The notes: generated by a model from the sequence alone, not told the origin. 64,000 nt of DNA from an uncultured Actinomycetes bacterium (GCA_963847665.1 CAWKAO010000001.1:12614-76613), one strand, 5' to 3'; positions 30,087 through 42,432 are shown, counted from the first letter of the stretch. Program-made: numbers and translations.

Positions 30087-30335
30087 GTGCGATTTGTAGA
30101 TTATAAATGTAATGATTGTGGTGATGTAAGTGAAATAGTGATCATAAATGATAACGGTACAGAGATCAAATGCGGCAGCTGCGGCAGCCCTGATATGATA
30201 AGAGTTTTTGCTCCTGTCGGGTTTAGGTCAAACCCATCAAACGGAGATACTTCATCATGTTCAGACTCCGGGAGCTGCTCCAGCCCGGGTGGTTGTTCAG
30301 GGGGGTCCTGCAGTAGTTGTTCAGGGTGTGGATAA
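30087..30335 (+). CDS. FmdB-family zinc-ribbon protein with a Cys/Ser/Gly-rich C-terminal tail
   Basis: CNDCG...x17...CGSCGS is the FmdB ribbon. The tail is SSCSDSGSCSSPGGCSGGSCSSCSGCG. Confidence 0.7.
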   Translation: MRFVDYKCNDCGDVSEIVIINDNGTEIKCGSCGSPDMIRVFAPVGFRSNPSNGDTSSCSDSGSCSSPGGCSGGSCSSCSGCG

Positions 30336-30450
30336 ATTAAAACTATAAAGCAAACTGAAAATATCAGAGTAATAGGACAAAATCAAAAAAAAGAATATAT
30401 AAAAATAACCGCAATTGAAAAATTGTGGTTATTTCTTTAATATCATTGTT

Positions 30451-31671
30451 ATGTACTTAAAAGAACTAAGCCTAATAAATTTTCGTAATTATAACAGCCT
30501 TCAGCTGCATTTAGATAAAAAAATATCCCTTATGGCAGGAGACAATGGACAGGGTAAGACAAACCTTCTCGAATCCATCTATTATGTCTCAACAGGAAAA
30601 TCCCATCGGACAAATACACAGGAAGATTTGATAAAATGGGGCAGTGATTTTGCAGTTATAAGGGCAACTTTTGCCGGAGAAAGTCCTGGAGCTAAAGAGG
30701 AAAAAGAAAGTATTATTGAGCTTGAACTTAATAGAAGAAATATCTTACGGATAAGGATCGATAAAGTACCTTATAAAAAAAAATCTGATTTCATTTCGAT
30801 ACTGCCTTCCGTTATCTTTTCTCCAGACGACCTGGTCATAGTCAAGGGCACCCCTCTGTTCAGAAGAGATTTTCTTGATAATATGATCGAAAAGTTTGAG
30901 AGAGGTTATGCAGCAGAAAAAAATAAATACCAGAAAATACTGAACCAGAGAAACAGCCTCCTCAAGAGCCTCTCAAATGAGCGCACTTCAAGGATAAATG
31001 ACACAATGGAGACATGGAACGATAACCTCATAAGATATGGAAGCAGTATTATAAAAAAGAGGATAGGATTGCTTATCGATATAGAAGATATGCTCATACC
31101 GCTGATCAAAAAGTTTTTTCCCGGTATGGGCACTGAGCTATATTATGAATTCAGCTGGGAAAGACAAATAAACGGCAGTGGCAGCGAAAATGGTGATTTT
31201 ATTAAGAACCCGGAAAACACCGGAAAAGGTAGCTTCAGGGAGCTTCGCATTGACGAGATCAAAGACAGATTTTCAAAATATCTTGCAATGAATTTTACGC
31301 GAGAGCTCAACTATAAGACAACACTGACAGGTCCGCACCGCGATGATATAGTGGTGCTCCTTAATGGACGGGACGTCCGGTCATTTGGTTCGCAGGGTCA
31401 GCAAAGGATAGTTGCACTATGTTTGAAATTATGTGAGTTAAATATTCTTGAAAAAAAACTGGGCAAAAAACCTGTGCTGCTTTTGGATGATGTGTTGTCT
31501 GAACTTGACGAAACGAGGGAAAATATTTTACTTGAAATAATCAGAAAGAGTAACCAGACTTTTATAACTACGACAGATTCCGGATTACCTGAAGCCTTAG
31601 ATCTTAAAAATCACTCTGGTGAGATAGTAAGTTATTATATAAAGGAAAATAACGCTTATAAACAGGATTAA
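30451..31671 (+). CDS. recF: DNA replication and repair protein RecF
   Basis: LKELSLINFRNY...GDNGQGKTNLLESIYY Walker A; C-terminal LLLDDV..ELD. Start taken at the ATG of MYLKEL. A TTG at 30415 is an alternative. Confidence 0.9.
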   Translation: MYLKELSLINFRNYNSLQLHLDKKISLMAGDNGQGKTNLLESIYYVSTGKSHRTNTQEDLIKWGSDFAVIRATFAGESPGAKEEKESIIELELNRRNILRIRIDKVPYKKKSDFISILPSVIFSPDDLVIVKGTPLFRRDFLDNMIEKFERGYAAEKNKYQKILNQRNSLLKSLSNERTSRINDTMETWNDNLIRYGSSIIKKRIGLLIDIEDMLIPLIKKFFPGMGTELYYEFSWERQINGSGSENGDFIKNPENTGKGSFRELRIDEIKDRFSKYLAMNFTRELNYKTTLTGPHRDDIVVLLNGRDVRSFGSQGQQRIVALCLKLCELNILEKKLGKKPVLLLDDVLSELDETRENILLEIIRKSNQTFITTTDSGLPEALDLKNHSGEIVSYYIKENNAYKQD

Positions 31672-31759
31672 TCCCTTTTAAAATAACCCCTTTGTGATAT
31701 CATATACTGGCAAATTATTTGTAACTTTTATGTAACTTTTGATCTTGATAGGAGAGTAA

Positions 31760-32632
31760 ATGGTTTTTAATAGTGCATATTTGTGGTCAATATTCGGTTT
31801 TTCACTTTTCGTTTTTTTTACCGGGTTTTTCTACAGGGTCAGTATCTGGCTCAAAGGTGCTGCAGGAGAGTCAGAAGAAAACAATATGCAAAACAATGGG
31901 CCGGTACGCGTAAGATCTTTCAGGTATTTATCCAAATATCTCAGGTTGATCTTCAGCCGTGATTTTTTCAGGATACTAAAAAGTTTTATACTTGATGGGA
32001 TAATCCATGTCAATCTTTTTAAAGACAGTAAATTAAAATGGTTTATCCATATTTTTATGTTCTGGGGACTTCTTTCATTTACTGTTTTATCAGTATTTCA
32101 TATGATTTCTGTTGCTTCAGTCGGAAGTTTTATACCTCCGGTTGAGTCTTCAGGATTTATCAGGGTGTTCGGGTCATTGCCGAACAGTTTTACAGCGGTA
32201 GCGATGGAGTTAACAAAACTCTCCATACTTTTTGGCGCATTTCTTGCAGTAGTAAGATTTTTATTTCTTAGAAAAAAAATGAGATCGGTTGAATTTAAGG
32301 ACAAATCAGCCGGGGTGATCATATCGATTATTATTGTTTTGGCGTTCCTGTATGAAGCTGCACTGTTTTCAGCAGCAAATGTTCCTTTAGAAAGGAGTCT
32401 TTTTGCACCTGGAGGATTTGTCCTAACTTACTTATTTAAGATCATAGAAATAAAATGGTGGATGTCTGCAACGATTTATTTTAAATGGGCCATTGTAAAA
32501 TTTTTATTTTACTCCTATATTACAGGACTGCTTTTATTTGTAGCTTTTATTCCATGGGGTAAGTATTCTCACATGGTCTTCGGCCCTTTTGTAGCTATGT
32601 ATAACAAATATAGCTCAACTAAAAAACATTGA
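31760..32632 (+). CDS. NarI/DsrM/HdrE-like membrane b-type cytochrome subunit (putative)
   Basis: Five or six TM helices with His residues spaced as in NarI-like proteins. Immediately upstream of a CCG-domain protein. Confidence 0.4.
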   Translation: MVFNSAYLWSIFGFSLFVFFTGFFYRVSIWLKGAAGESEENNMQNNGPVRVRSFRYLSKYLRLIFSRDFFRILKSFILDGIIHVNLFKDSKLKWFIHIFMFWGLLSFTVLSVFHMISVASVGSFIPPVESSGFIRVFGSLPNSFTAVAMELTKLSILFGAFLAVVRFLFLRKKMRSVEFKDKSAGVIISIIIVLAFLYEAALFSAANVPLERSLFAPGGFVLTYLFKIIEIKWWMSATIYFKWAIVKFLFYSYITGLLLFVAFIPWGKYSHMVFGPFVAMYNKYSSTKKH

Positions 32633-32675
32633 TGTAGAAGAAATTTGAATTAATATCCAGATAGGAGTTTAAAAA

Positions 32676-33881
32676 ATGAAACTGAATAAATTTACAGTTA
32701 AACAACTGGCAGAGATCGATGCATGCACCAGGTGTGGAAACTGCCTTGATCTTTGTTCTGCATATAATGGAAATCAGGATCTATCCATATCCCCAAAGAA
32801 AAAAATGGAAAAACTTAAAAAATTGATAGATACAGAATATGGATTGATGTCAAGATTGCTGGGAAGAAACAAGATATCCAGGAAAGATATAGATATGATC
32901 TCTAAAGCAGCATATGCCTGCACGATGTGCTCGAGGTGTGAGGTAGATTGTCATATTGCGATAAAGCTGCAGGACATCTGGCTGAAGCTAAGGGAGATCC
33001 TGGTAGAGGACGGCACTTATCCTGAAGTGCTGGACCTGATGAGGGACAGGATAAATACAGGGAAGAACGTATCTTTTGATTCCAATGAAGGAAGGGCAAA
33101 CTGGATAGCCCAGGTTCCGGAAATGCCTGAAGATAACTATGTCAGGCAAAAAGCAGATGTCATCTATTTTGTGGGTTGTGTCTCCTCTTTTTCTCCGAGG
33201 GTATTTAAGATCCCGAGATCGATTGTGACGATATTAAGATCTGCAGATGTAGATTTTGCATTACTTGGTGATGAAGAATGGTGCTGCGGGTTCCCACTTC
33301 TTTCTTCAGGTTTTAAAGAGGATTTTAAAGAATTTGCATTCCATAATATTGAGAGGGTAAATAATACCGGGGCAAAGTTTCTGGTCACCTCCTGTCCATC
33401 ATGCTTCCATATGTGGCAGCACATATATAAAGAGCAGGTCAAGCTCGATATGGATTTTGAAGTGCTGCATATTGTCCAGTATCTATACAGGCTGGTAATC
33501 GATGGGACACTGAAGTTAAAACCTCTTGATCTTACAGTTACTTACCATGATCCCTGTGACCTAGGAAGAAACTCAGGTATCTATGATGAACCGAGGGACC
33601 TGATAAAAGCCATACCGGGAGTGAAGTTTGTGGAAATGGAGAACAACAGAAACAGGGCCGTATGCTGCGGTGGAGGGGGAAATGTCGAGGCGGTCGACAG
33701 CGGACTTTCTGCAGATATTGCTAAATTAAAAGCTGAAGAAATAATCGGTACAGGTGCAGATATTGTAGCGACTGCCTGTCAGCAGTGTGTCAGGACCATT
33801 CAGCAGGCTTTAAAAAAAGAAAAATCTCAGATAAAGACAATGGATATTTCAGAGCTTCTACTGATGAGTATCCAGGGTTAA
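32676..33881 (+). CDS. HdrD/DsrK/GlpC-like Fe-S oxidoreductase with two CCG domains
   Basis: CTRCGNCLDLC and CTMCSRCEVDC ferredoxin motifs. EWCCGFP and AVCCGGGG CCG motifs. Confidence 0.75.
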   Translation: MKLNKFTVKQLAEIDACTRCGNCLDLCSAYNGNQDLSISPKKKMEKLKKLIDTEYGLMSRLLGRNKISRKDIDMISKAAYACTMCSRCEVDCHIAIKLQDIWLKLREILVEDGTYPEVLDLMRDRINTGKNVSFDSNEGRANWIAQVPEMPEDNYVRQKADVIYFVGCVSSFSPRVFKIPRSIVTILRSADVDFALLGDEEWCCGFPLLSSGFKEDFKEFAFHNIERVNNTGAKFLVTSCPSCFHMWQHIYKEQVKLDMDFEVLHIVQYLYRLVIDGTLKLKPLDLTVTYHDPCDLGRNSGIYDEPRDLIKAIPGVKFVEMENNRNRAVCCGGGGNVEAVDSGLSADIAKLKAEEIIGTGADIVATACQQCVRTIQQALKKEKSQIKTMDISELLLMSIQG

Positions 33882-33922
33882 AAATTTTAATATAATACCG
33901 CTCAAGTGACCGGTAATGAGTT

Positions 33923-34258
33923 ATGTATTCAAAAAAAACACCTGAGTTTAGGAAAAAAAGGGATGTTACACCCCTGGAAGGTATCTCCGGTATACTTGAT
34001 ACGTATATAAAAAACTCCGAGATGGGCCATAAGCTTAGAAGATTTAGCCTTTTTAATCACTGGCCCGAGATCGTGGGAAAAGAGATCAGTGACAAGACAA
34101 AACCTGAAAAAATATTTAAGGGCATCCTTTATATTTCAGTAGAAAATCCCACATGGGCCAGTGAGCTCACTATGATGTCAGGGACCCTGATAGCGAAAAT
34201 AAACACATATATCGGAGAAGAAATCATAAATCAATTAAGGTTTAAAATCGAAAGATAA
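33923..34258 (+). CDS. DUF721 (DciA-like) protein found between recF and gyrB
   Basis: Conserved synteny and a DUF721-like sequence (WPEIVG...). Confidence 0.65.
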   Translation: MYSKKTPEFRKKRDVTPLEGISGILDTYIKNSEMGHKLRRFSLFNHWPEIVGKEISDKTKPEKIFKGILYISVENPTWASELTMMSGTLIAKINTYIGEEIINQLRFKIER

Positions 34259-34481
34259 CAATTTTATATTCTTCTTAAAACATCAGTTATTTTCTCTAAA
34301 TTTTAACCCAAAAATATATCAAACTATGATATAATATCCCTATATTTTTAATATTTTTTTAGTAAGGTAAAAAAACAATTAATTTTAATTTTTTAAGGGG
34401 TAGTAGGTAGTTTTTCAGATTATTTTGCTTATTGCTTATTGCTCCTTATTTATGTAAGAATATCATTTTTTTATAAGGTAG

Positions 34482-36401
<1,920 letters not shown>

Positions 36402-36448
36402 TCACTTAAAAACTAAAGTCATTTTTTGAAAGAGCTGGTCTTAATAAT

Positions 36449-38881
36449 ATGGTATTTGAACTCAGAGGAAAAATAAAGAATGTCGAAATAGAATCCGAAA
36501 TGCAGGAATCATACCTCAGTTATGCGATGAGTGTCATAATAGGCAGGGCGCTTCCTGATTCAAGGGATGGACTAAAGCCTGTCCACAGAAGGATACTTTA
36601 TGCGATGCACGATATGGGTATGAGGCATACCACCCCGCATAAAAAATGTGCAAGAATAGTCGGAGAGGTACTCGGTAAATACCATCCTCATGGAGATACA
36701 GCAGTCTATGAATCACTGGTCAGGATGGCACAGGATTTTTCAATGCGTTATCCGCTGATTGATGGTCATGGTAACTTTGGTTCTGTCGATGGTGACAGCG
36801 CAGCTGCAATGCGTTATACAGAAGCAAGACTGGCAAGGATAGCAGAAGAACTTCTGGTCGATATTGATAAGGAAACAATACTGTTTGTCGACAATTTTGA
36901 CAGTTCACTTAAAGAACCTTCAATACTTCCAGCAAAGATACCAAATCTTCTGGTGAACGGTTCTTCCGGAATCGCGGTAGGGATGGCAACCAATATACCT
37001 CCACATAATCTGGGTGAGATAATCGAAGGGACGATCCTATGTATAGATAAACCCGAAGTCACGACCAAAGAGCTTATGAAAAAGATCAAGGGCCCTGATT
37101 TCCCGACCGGTGGGACGATCATGGGTATTGAAGGCATCAGGGAAGCTTATGATACAGGCAGGGGCAGGATAAAAGTCAGGGGACGCGTACACATCGAGCA
37201 ATCCAATAAGGGCAAGACCCAGATCATAGTAGATGAACTTCCATATGAAGTCAAAAAATCTAACCTCATCATCCAGATCGCCGACCTGGTCAGGAATAAG
37301 AAGCTCGAAGGGATCAATGATCTCCGGGATGAATCTGATAAAAGCGGAATGCGTATATCAATAGACTTAAAAAGGGATGCAATTCCTGATATTGTGATCA
37401 ATTTCCTTTATAAGAACACCCAGCTGGAGACTACTTTTGGAATAATCATGCTTTCGCTTGTTGATGGGGTCCCAAAGACTTTAAGTCTAAAACAGCTGAT
37501 AGAAGAATATGTGAAGCACAGGTTTATCGTTATTGTAAACAGGACTAAATATGAATTAAAGGTAGCAGAAGACAGACTCCATATTGTCGAAGGGCTTCTC
37601 ATTGCACTAGATAATCTGGATGAGGTAATAAGCACCATCAGGTCTTCAAAAGATGTGCCTACAGCAAAGACCAGATTGATGAAAAAATTTAAGCTTTCAG
37701 AGATCCAGTCACAGGCCATCCTGGACATGCGCCTCCAGAGGCTGACAGGTCTTGAGCGGGAAAAAGTAAAAAAAGAATATGAAGAACTTGTGGAGAGAAT
37801 AAAACAGCTTAAAAAACTTCTTGGGAGCGATGAGCTGATCTATGGTGTAATAAAAGAAGAATTGCTGGAGATGAAGAAGAAGTATGCCGATGAAAGAAGG
37901 ACTGAGATAACAGCAAGTTCAGCGGACTTGGATATAGAGGACCTGATAGCCGAAGAAGAGAATGTCATATCCTTTACGCATTCCGGGTACATCAAGAGGG
38001 TCCCTTTGACGACCTACAGGAAACAGAGAAGGGGTGGGAAAGGTGTGACCAGTCTGAACCTGAAGACAGATGATTTTGTAGAACATCTTTTTATATCTTC
38101 CACCCACCATTATATAATGTTCTTTTCAAATCTGGGCAAGGTCTATAGACTAAAGGTGCACGAACTTCCGGAAGGCAGCAGGACATCCAAAGGCAAAGCG
38201 ATCATAAACTTTTTACCCTTTAAGAGCGGTGAACGGGTAGCAGCGATAATAGCTATAAAAGAATACAGTAAAGATGACTATCTTGTAATGGGTACCAAAA
38301 AAGGTATGGTCAAGAAAACTCCTATAACAGATTACGATACCTCAAGGAGGGACGGCATCGCCGCAATAAACCTGATGGAGAAGGACGAGCTGATAGGTGT
38401 AGAGAAATCGAATGGAAACAATGAGGTCCTGATGGTGACAAAGAATGGCCAGGCGATTAAATTTTCTGAAAAAGATTGCAGGCCAATGGGCAGGACGACC
38501 CAGGGGGTCAGGGGTATGAGGCTTTCAAAGGACGATCAGGTCATCACTATGATGGTATCAAAAGATGTAGGGGAAGACCTATTTGTCCTTACACAAAACG
38601 GTTTTGCAAAGAGAACGCCTGTTTCTTCATATAACAAACAGCGTAGAGGTGGTCTTGGAGTAAAGACCATTCAGCTGACAGAAAAAAAGGGTAAACTTGC
38701 AGGTGCAGGGATCATAAGGGATGAGCATGATATAATAATCGTCACTACAAATGCCATACTTATTAGGGTGCCCGCAAAATCAGTCAGGAGAACCGGCAGG
38801 GCGACCCAGGGTGTAAAAATGATGAGGCTTGCAGACGGTGACCTGGTAGCTTCTTTTGAACTTGTCTATCCTGAAAACTAA
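36449..38881 (+). CDS. gyrA: DNA gyrase subunit A
   Basis: [17 protein letters not shown], the [13 protein letters not shown], and C-terminal beta-pinwheel repeats. Confidence 0.97.
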   Translation: MVFELRGKIKNVEIESEMQESYLSYAMSVIIGRALPDSRDGLKPVHRRILYAMHDMGMRHTTPHKKCARIVGEVLGKYHPHGDTAVYESLVRMAQDFSMRYPLIDGHGNFGSVDGDSAAAMRYTEARLARIAEELLVDIDKETILFVDNFDSSLKEPSILPAKIPNLLVNGSSGIAVGMATNIPPHNLGEIIEGTILCIDKPEVTTKELMKKIKGPDFPTGGTIMGIEGIREAYDTGRGRIKVRGRVHIEQSNKGKTQIIVDELPYEVKKSNLIIQIADLVRNKKLEGINDLRDESDKSGMRISIDLKRDAIPDIVINFLYKNTQLETTFGIIMLSLVDGVPKTLSLKQLIEEYVKHRFIVIVNRTKYELKVAEDRLHIVEGLLIALDNLDEVISTIRSSKDVPTAKTRLMKKFKLSEIQSQAILDMRLQRLTGLEREKVKKEYEELVERIKQLKKLLGSDELIYGVIKEELLEMKKKYADERRTEITASSADLDIEDLIAEEENVISFTHSGYIKRVPLTTYRKQRRGGKGVTSLNLKTDDFVEHLFISSTHHYIMFFSNLGKVYRLKVHELPEGSRTSKGKAIINFLPFKSGERVAAIIAIKEYSKDDYLVMGTKKGMVKKTPITDYDTSRRDGIAAINLMEKDELIGVEKSNGNNEVLMVTKNGQAIKFSEKDCRPMGRTTQGVRGMRLSKDDQVITMMVSKDVGEDLFVLTQNGFAKRTPVSSYNKQRRGGLGVKTIQLTEKKGKLAGAGIIRDEHDIIIVTTNAILIRVPAKSVRRTGRATQGVKMMRLADGDLVASFELVYPEN

Positions 38882-38950
38882 AAAATAAAATAATATAAAT
38901 AAATTGTAATATAATGATTTTTTGTTAATCTATTGAAATAGTGATTTTTC

Positions 38951-38976
38951 AAATATTATTCATTTGAATAATATTT
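38951..38976. promoter_or_regulatory. Perfect 12-bp inverted repeat AAATATTATTCA-TT-TGAATAATATTT upstream of the DUF4870 gene
   Basis: Read directly from the sequence. It lies about 80 nt upstream of the start at 39057. Confidence 0.3.
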
Positions 38977-39056
38977 TTTTAAATAAATATTTTATATAAT
39001 TACTTTATATGATCAGTAATTATTATAATTGGATAAACTATTAAGGGAGGTAAAAA

Positions 39057-39452
39057 ATGGCAGAAAAAAGTGCTCCGATGAATTATGATGAAGATATAAA
39101 CAAGAAGAGTTCTACAGGAATGGACCCAAAAGTCGCAAACCTGCTGGCATATCTTTTCAGCTGGCTGGGTGGACTGATAATCTGGTTGATGGAAAAAGAA
39201 AACAGATTCGTAAAATGGAATGCTCTCCAGGCTTTAATACTGGGGATAATAGAGGTCGCATGCATAGTAGTCATCTCTGTAATACTCGGTCTAATACCAT
39301 ATATAGGATGGTTTTTCTTTTCATGGCTGGGTTATGTTCTTGCAGGTGTTGCATGGATAATGGCTATTATCTGTATAATCATGGGATTTTCAGGTAAGAC
39401 TTTCAGGATTCCTGGCATTGCTAAACTTACAGATAAATATTTCAAGATGTAG
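39057..39452 (+). CDS. DUF4870-like small membrane protein
   Basis: Strong RBS AAGGGAGGT; KVANLLAYLFSWLGGLIIWL motif. Confidence 0.55.
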   Translation: MAEKSAPMNYDEDINKKSSTGMDPKVANLLAYLFSWLGGLIIWLMEKENRFVKWNALQALILGIIEVACIVVISVILGLIPYIGWFFFSWLGYVLAGVAWIMAIICIIMGFSGKTFRIPGIAKLTDKYFKM

Positions 39453-39513
39453 TTAAAGCGGATAATAAGGAATTTGTCTACTACTATAATAAAATCCTTT
39501 TAAAGGAGAAAAA

Positions 39514-39942
39514 ATGAGAGTAGATAGAAGAGTGCTAAAAAGTGTAAGTGAGTTCTCGGTATTTAAATATGTACTTGTCGCATATCTTATTTTTTTTATA
39601 CTGTATGTAATAATCTTTGCGGTTGTCGGACTGGTCGGGTGGGCTATTCTTGCTTCTTCAGGTGTTACCTTCAATGAAGCACTTGGGAGCCTTATGCCTG
39701 GCATGAATATTGATCAGATGCTTGGCAGCGTGGGCCTGAATTTTGGCGGCGGAGTGATCGGTATAATCATTTTTGTAATTATCGGACTTATAGCGTCGAT
39801 ATTTGCAGCGGCTCTTGCAGCCTTAACAGCCTGGATATTTAATATCGTACTTCGAATTGTAGGTGGTATAGAACTGAGGTTTGCCCCTGAAAGAAGAGAA
39901 GTAGCTGGGGTTTTTCCAGAGCCGGATGATAAGACAGAATAA
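39514..39942 (+). CDS. Hypothetical membrane protein
   Basis: RBS AAAGGAGAAAAAATG; two hydrophobic segments. Probably an operon with the gene at 39057. Confidence 0.45.
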   Translation: MRVDRRVLKSVSEFSVFKYVLVAYLIFFILYVIIFAVVGLVGWAILASSGVTFNEALGSLMPGMNIDQMLGSVGLNFGGGVIGIIIFVIIGLIASIFAAALAALTAWIFNIVLRIVGGIELRFAPERREVAGVFPEPDDKTE

Positions 39943-40005
39943 TAAAATTCAGGATTGAATCGACAGGTATTTACAGGCGCTATTAAAAACCGGTATTTAA
40001 TATCC

Positions 40006-40034
40006 TTGACAAATGATGCCATAGTTGGTATTTT
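40006..40034 (+). promoter_or_regulatory. Putative sigma70-type promoter for the tRNA cluster (TTGACA-17-TATTTT)
   Basis: TTGACA at 40006-40011, a 17-nt spacer, then TATTTT at 40029-40034. This is about 50 nt upstream of tRNA-Ile. Confidence 0.35.
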
Positions 40035-40085
40035 TTGTTGGCTAAATCTGTTTGAACACTGGTTTTTAAATATCTGGTAGTGCCG

Positions 40086-40162
40086 GGGCATATAGCTCAG
40101 TTGGTTAGAGCGCGTCCCTGATAAGGACGAGGTCTCTGGTTCGAATCCAGATATGCCCACCA
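40086..40162 (+). tRNA. tRNA-Ile (anticodon GAT)
   Basis: Cloverleaf GGGCATA/TATGCCC acceptor, D-loop AGTTGGTTAGAGC, anticodon loop CTGATAA, T-loop GGTTCGAATCC, encoded CCA. Confidence 0.9.
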
Positions 40163-40172
40163 GTAGACACGT

Positions 40173-40248
40173 GGGGGTGTAGCTCAGCTGGGAGAGCGCC
40201 TGCCTTGCAAGCAGGAGGCCAGCGGTTCGATCCCGCTCATCTCCACCA
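40173..40248 (+). tRNA. tRNA-Ala (anticodon TGC)
   Basis: G3:U70 identity pair, anticodon loop CTTGCAA, T-loop GGTTCGATCC, encoded CCA. Confidence 0.9.
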
Positions 40249-40255
40249 CTTTTTT

Positions 40256-40330
40256 GGGGATGTAGTTCAGTGGGAGAACGCTTGTCTGGCAGACAAGAGG
40301 GCGGCGGTTCAAATCCGCTCATCTCCACCA
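40256..40330 (+). tRNA. tRNA-Ala (anticodon GGC)
   Basis: GGGGATG acceptor with G3:U70, anticodon loop CTGGCAG, T-loop GGTTCAAATCC, encoded CCA. Confidence 0.85.
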
Positions 40331-40347
40331 ATTAAGCCGGAGTATTT

Positions 40348-40824
40348 ATGATAAGTGTTTGGCTCGAAGTCTTTCTGGGTAAAATCGGAAAATATATTAT
40401 TAGATTTATAGATAGTTATTATTATTATTTTATTCCCCTGGTACTCGCCTACGGAATATTTCTTACCCTTGCTTCTTATAACCTGAGAAGGTTAGAAAAA
40501 AGAGTTTCAGTCGAAATAGTGAGACAGGCAAGAGAATCAATAAAAGAAAACCCATCTATCAATTATTCGGATCTTATTGAAAGAGTTACCATTGATTGGG
40601 AGACTCTCATAAAAAAATATTCTTTTTTTCCATTTGTTTCTATTGAATCGGGATTATGGGTAAACAGGACAAATCTTTCAAGCGTGAGGGATATAATAAT
40701 GCAAAACGAGAGAAAGATACACCTGACCCTTGAGAGGCATGGGATCATTCTTCTTGGTGAAAGCAGGCCAATGAGGCAGAACCTCTATCTTGAATATATA
40801 CACAGGATAACAAGAAAGCAATGA
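40348..40824 (+). CDS. Hypothetical membrane-anchored protein
   Basis: 158-aa ORF immediately downstream of the tRNAs. One N-terminal TM segment. Confidence 0.4.
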   Translation: MISVWLEVFLGKIGKYIIRFIDSYYYYFIPLVLAYGIFLTLASYNLRRLEKRVSVEIVRQARESIKENPSINYSDLIERVTIDWETLIKKYSFFPFVSIESGLWVNRTNLSSVRDIIMQNERKIHLTLERHGIILLGESRPMRQNLYLEYIHRITRKQ

Positions 40825-40842
40825 TCTTTATCGGTCTGCCCA

Positions 40843-42144
40843 CTAAGTAAAGAGGTTGAGTATAGGTTTTATTATCTGAAGAAGTATCCAGAAAAGCCAG
40901 TTTGAACCCCCACCGTAACTTGTCACCCTGGTAACACCTTCTGTGATCTCTATATTGTATTTCTGTAGAAAACTACTAAAGAGAGCTCCCATATCGCTTG
41001 TTATCCAGAGAGTCAGAGGGACTATCACCATGGCTGATATAAAACTCCTGAAAATATCCCCCCTGGATGGTGCGATTGTCCAGACGAGAATAAAGGCAAT
41101 GATGATTATATCTGCACCCGGGATCATATGATTGCCGGGAAGTATGGTAGCAATATAAACAGAAAGTGGTATCACGACTATGGAAAGACCGATTACAGAA
41201 GGATGTCCTGCAAAAATTAAGGCATCTACTCCAATATAGATTTCCCTTTTAGTGATCTTTCTGTTTAAAAAACTGATTATATCAGAGATAGCAGGCGCAA
41301 GACCCTTATAGAGTAGATTAAACAGCCTTGGTAGAAGTATCATTATAATAGAAAGTTCCAGACCCTTACCAAGTGCGTACATGATGTTTGGACCTGGCGC
41401 TGAAATTATTAATCTGGCTTTTGTTATAACTCCTGTAATAAAACCTATAATAAACCCCATTATCATTGGTTCCGAAAAGAATCCCAGTTTATATTGTATC
41501 TCTCCATAAAAAAGGTGGACCCTTCTTATCCCTGGTATTTTGTTCAGGATAAAATTAATGAGATGAGAAATGGGGGCCCAGGCTATATACTGCGCCTGCG
41601 GGTTTGACACTCCTTTGATACCGAAATAATTTTCGATATTTGGAGCATATATATCAGCTATGACTAGGGTTATCACATATATGATTATTGATATCAAAAC
41701 ACCCAGCCATTTTATTTCAGTGATAGTAAAAATAAGGGAACCGGTCATGAGGAATATCCACCAGTTCCAGAGGTCTATGTTAATTGTCCTCGTGAATCTA
41801 AGAAACAGCATAATAAGGTTTACAGCAGCAAGGGCTATTATGATATAGAGATTGATGGGAGAATTTAGTATTATCTGCTTTGAAGCAAGCCATCCCACAT
41901 CTAATATCTCAAATTCTTTAAATGAGTTAGCGATGATAAAATCATTAAGCGGCTTTAAAAAGTTTACAAGCAGGGTAAGCATTAAGGCGATCCCAAACAT
42001 ACCGATAAAAACGTATAAGCTGTTTAAAAAGACCTTCAACGGTTTCCTTGATGCTATAAGCCCTATTATTAAGAGAATACACGGGATTATAAGGACCGGC
42101 CCGATCTCAATAATTTTTTGTAACACAGTATTTCCAGTAGGCAT
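40843..42144 (-). CDS. Polytopic membrane permease, possibly a PTS EIIC-like sugar transporter
   Basis: 433 aa with at least 10 TM helices. Divergent from the SorC regulator gene. Family assignment is tentative. Confidence 0.35.
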   Translation of the reverse strand: MPTGNTVLQKIIEIGPVLIIPCILLIIGLIASRKPLKVFLNSLYVFIGMFGIALMLTLLVNFLKPLNDFIIANSFKEFEILDVGWLASKQIILNSPINLYIIIALAAVNLIMLFLRFTRTINIDLWNWWIFLMTGSLIFTITEIKWLGVLISIIIYVITLVIADIYAPNIENYFGIKGVSNPQAQYIAWAPISHLINFILNKIPGIRRVHLFYGEIQYKLGFFSEPMIMGFIIGFITGVITKARLIISAPGPNIMYALGKGLELSIIMILLPRLFNLLYKGLAPAISDIISFLNRKITKREIYIGVDALIFAGHPSVIGLSIVVIPLSVYIATILPGNHMIPGADIIIIAFILVWTIAPSRGDIFRSFISAMVIVPLTLWITSDMGALFSSFLQKYNIEITEGVTRVTSYGGGSNWLFWILLQIIKPILNLFT

Positions 42145-42416
42145 AGATAATCAAAATATTTAAAAGTTAAAAAGTTGAAAATTTCTAAATCATTTTATAA
42201 GTATATTTTGTTATTTGCAATTTTTTTGCCCGACATATACAGATAACATCACATCTAAAAAAACTCGAAAAAGCCCGAATATCATTTGCGGAGTCCTATC
42301 AGTATAGAGTACTTTAGAAACTTGCAACCTACCGGCTCTTTTAAAAAAATATCTTAAAAGGGTAATTGAAAAAATATTTATATTAAGTATAATAATATTG
42401 AAATTATTTGCAGACA

Positions 42417-42432
42417 CTGCACATTTGTGCAG
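42417..42432. promoter_or_regulatory. Candidate operator: perfect inverted repeat CTGCACA-TT-TGTGCAG
   Basis: Read directly. It lies about 40 nt upstream of the SorC gene start, in the divergent intergenic region. Confidence 0.35.

Noticed and set aside
39714-40331. 205-aa minus-strand ORF
   Set aside because: It lies antisense across the three tRNA genes and the AT-rich spacer. Its Pro/Ser/Gly-rich low-complexity translation is an artefact of the tRNA reverse complement.
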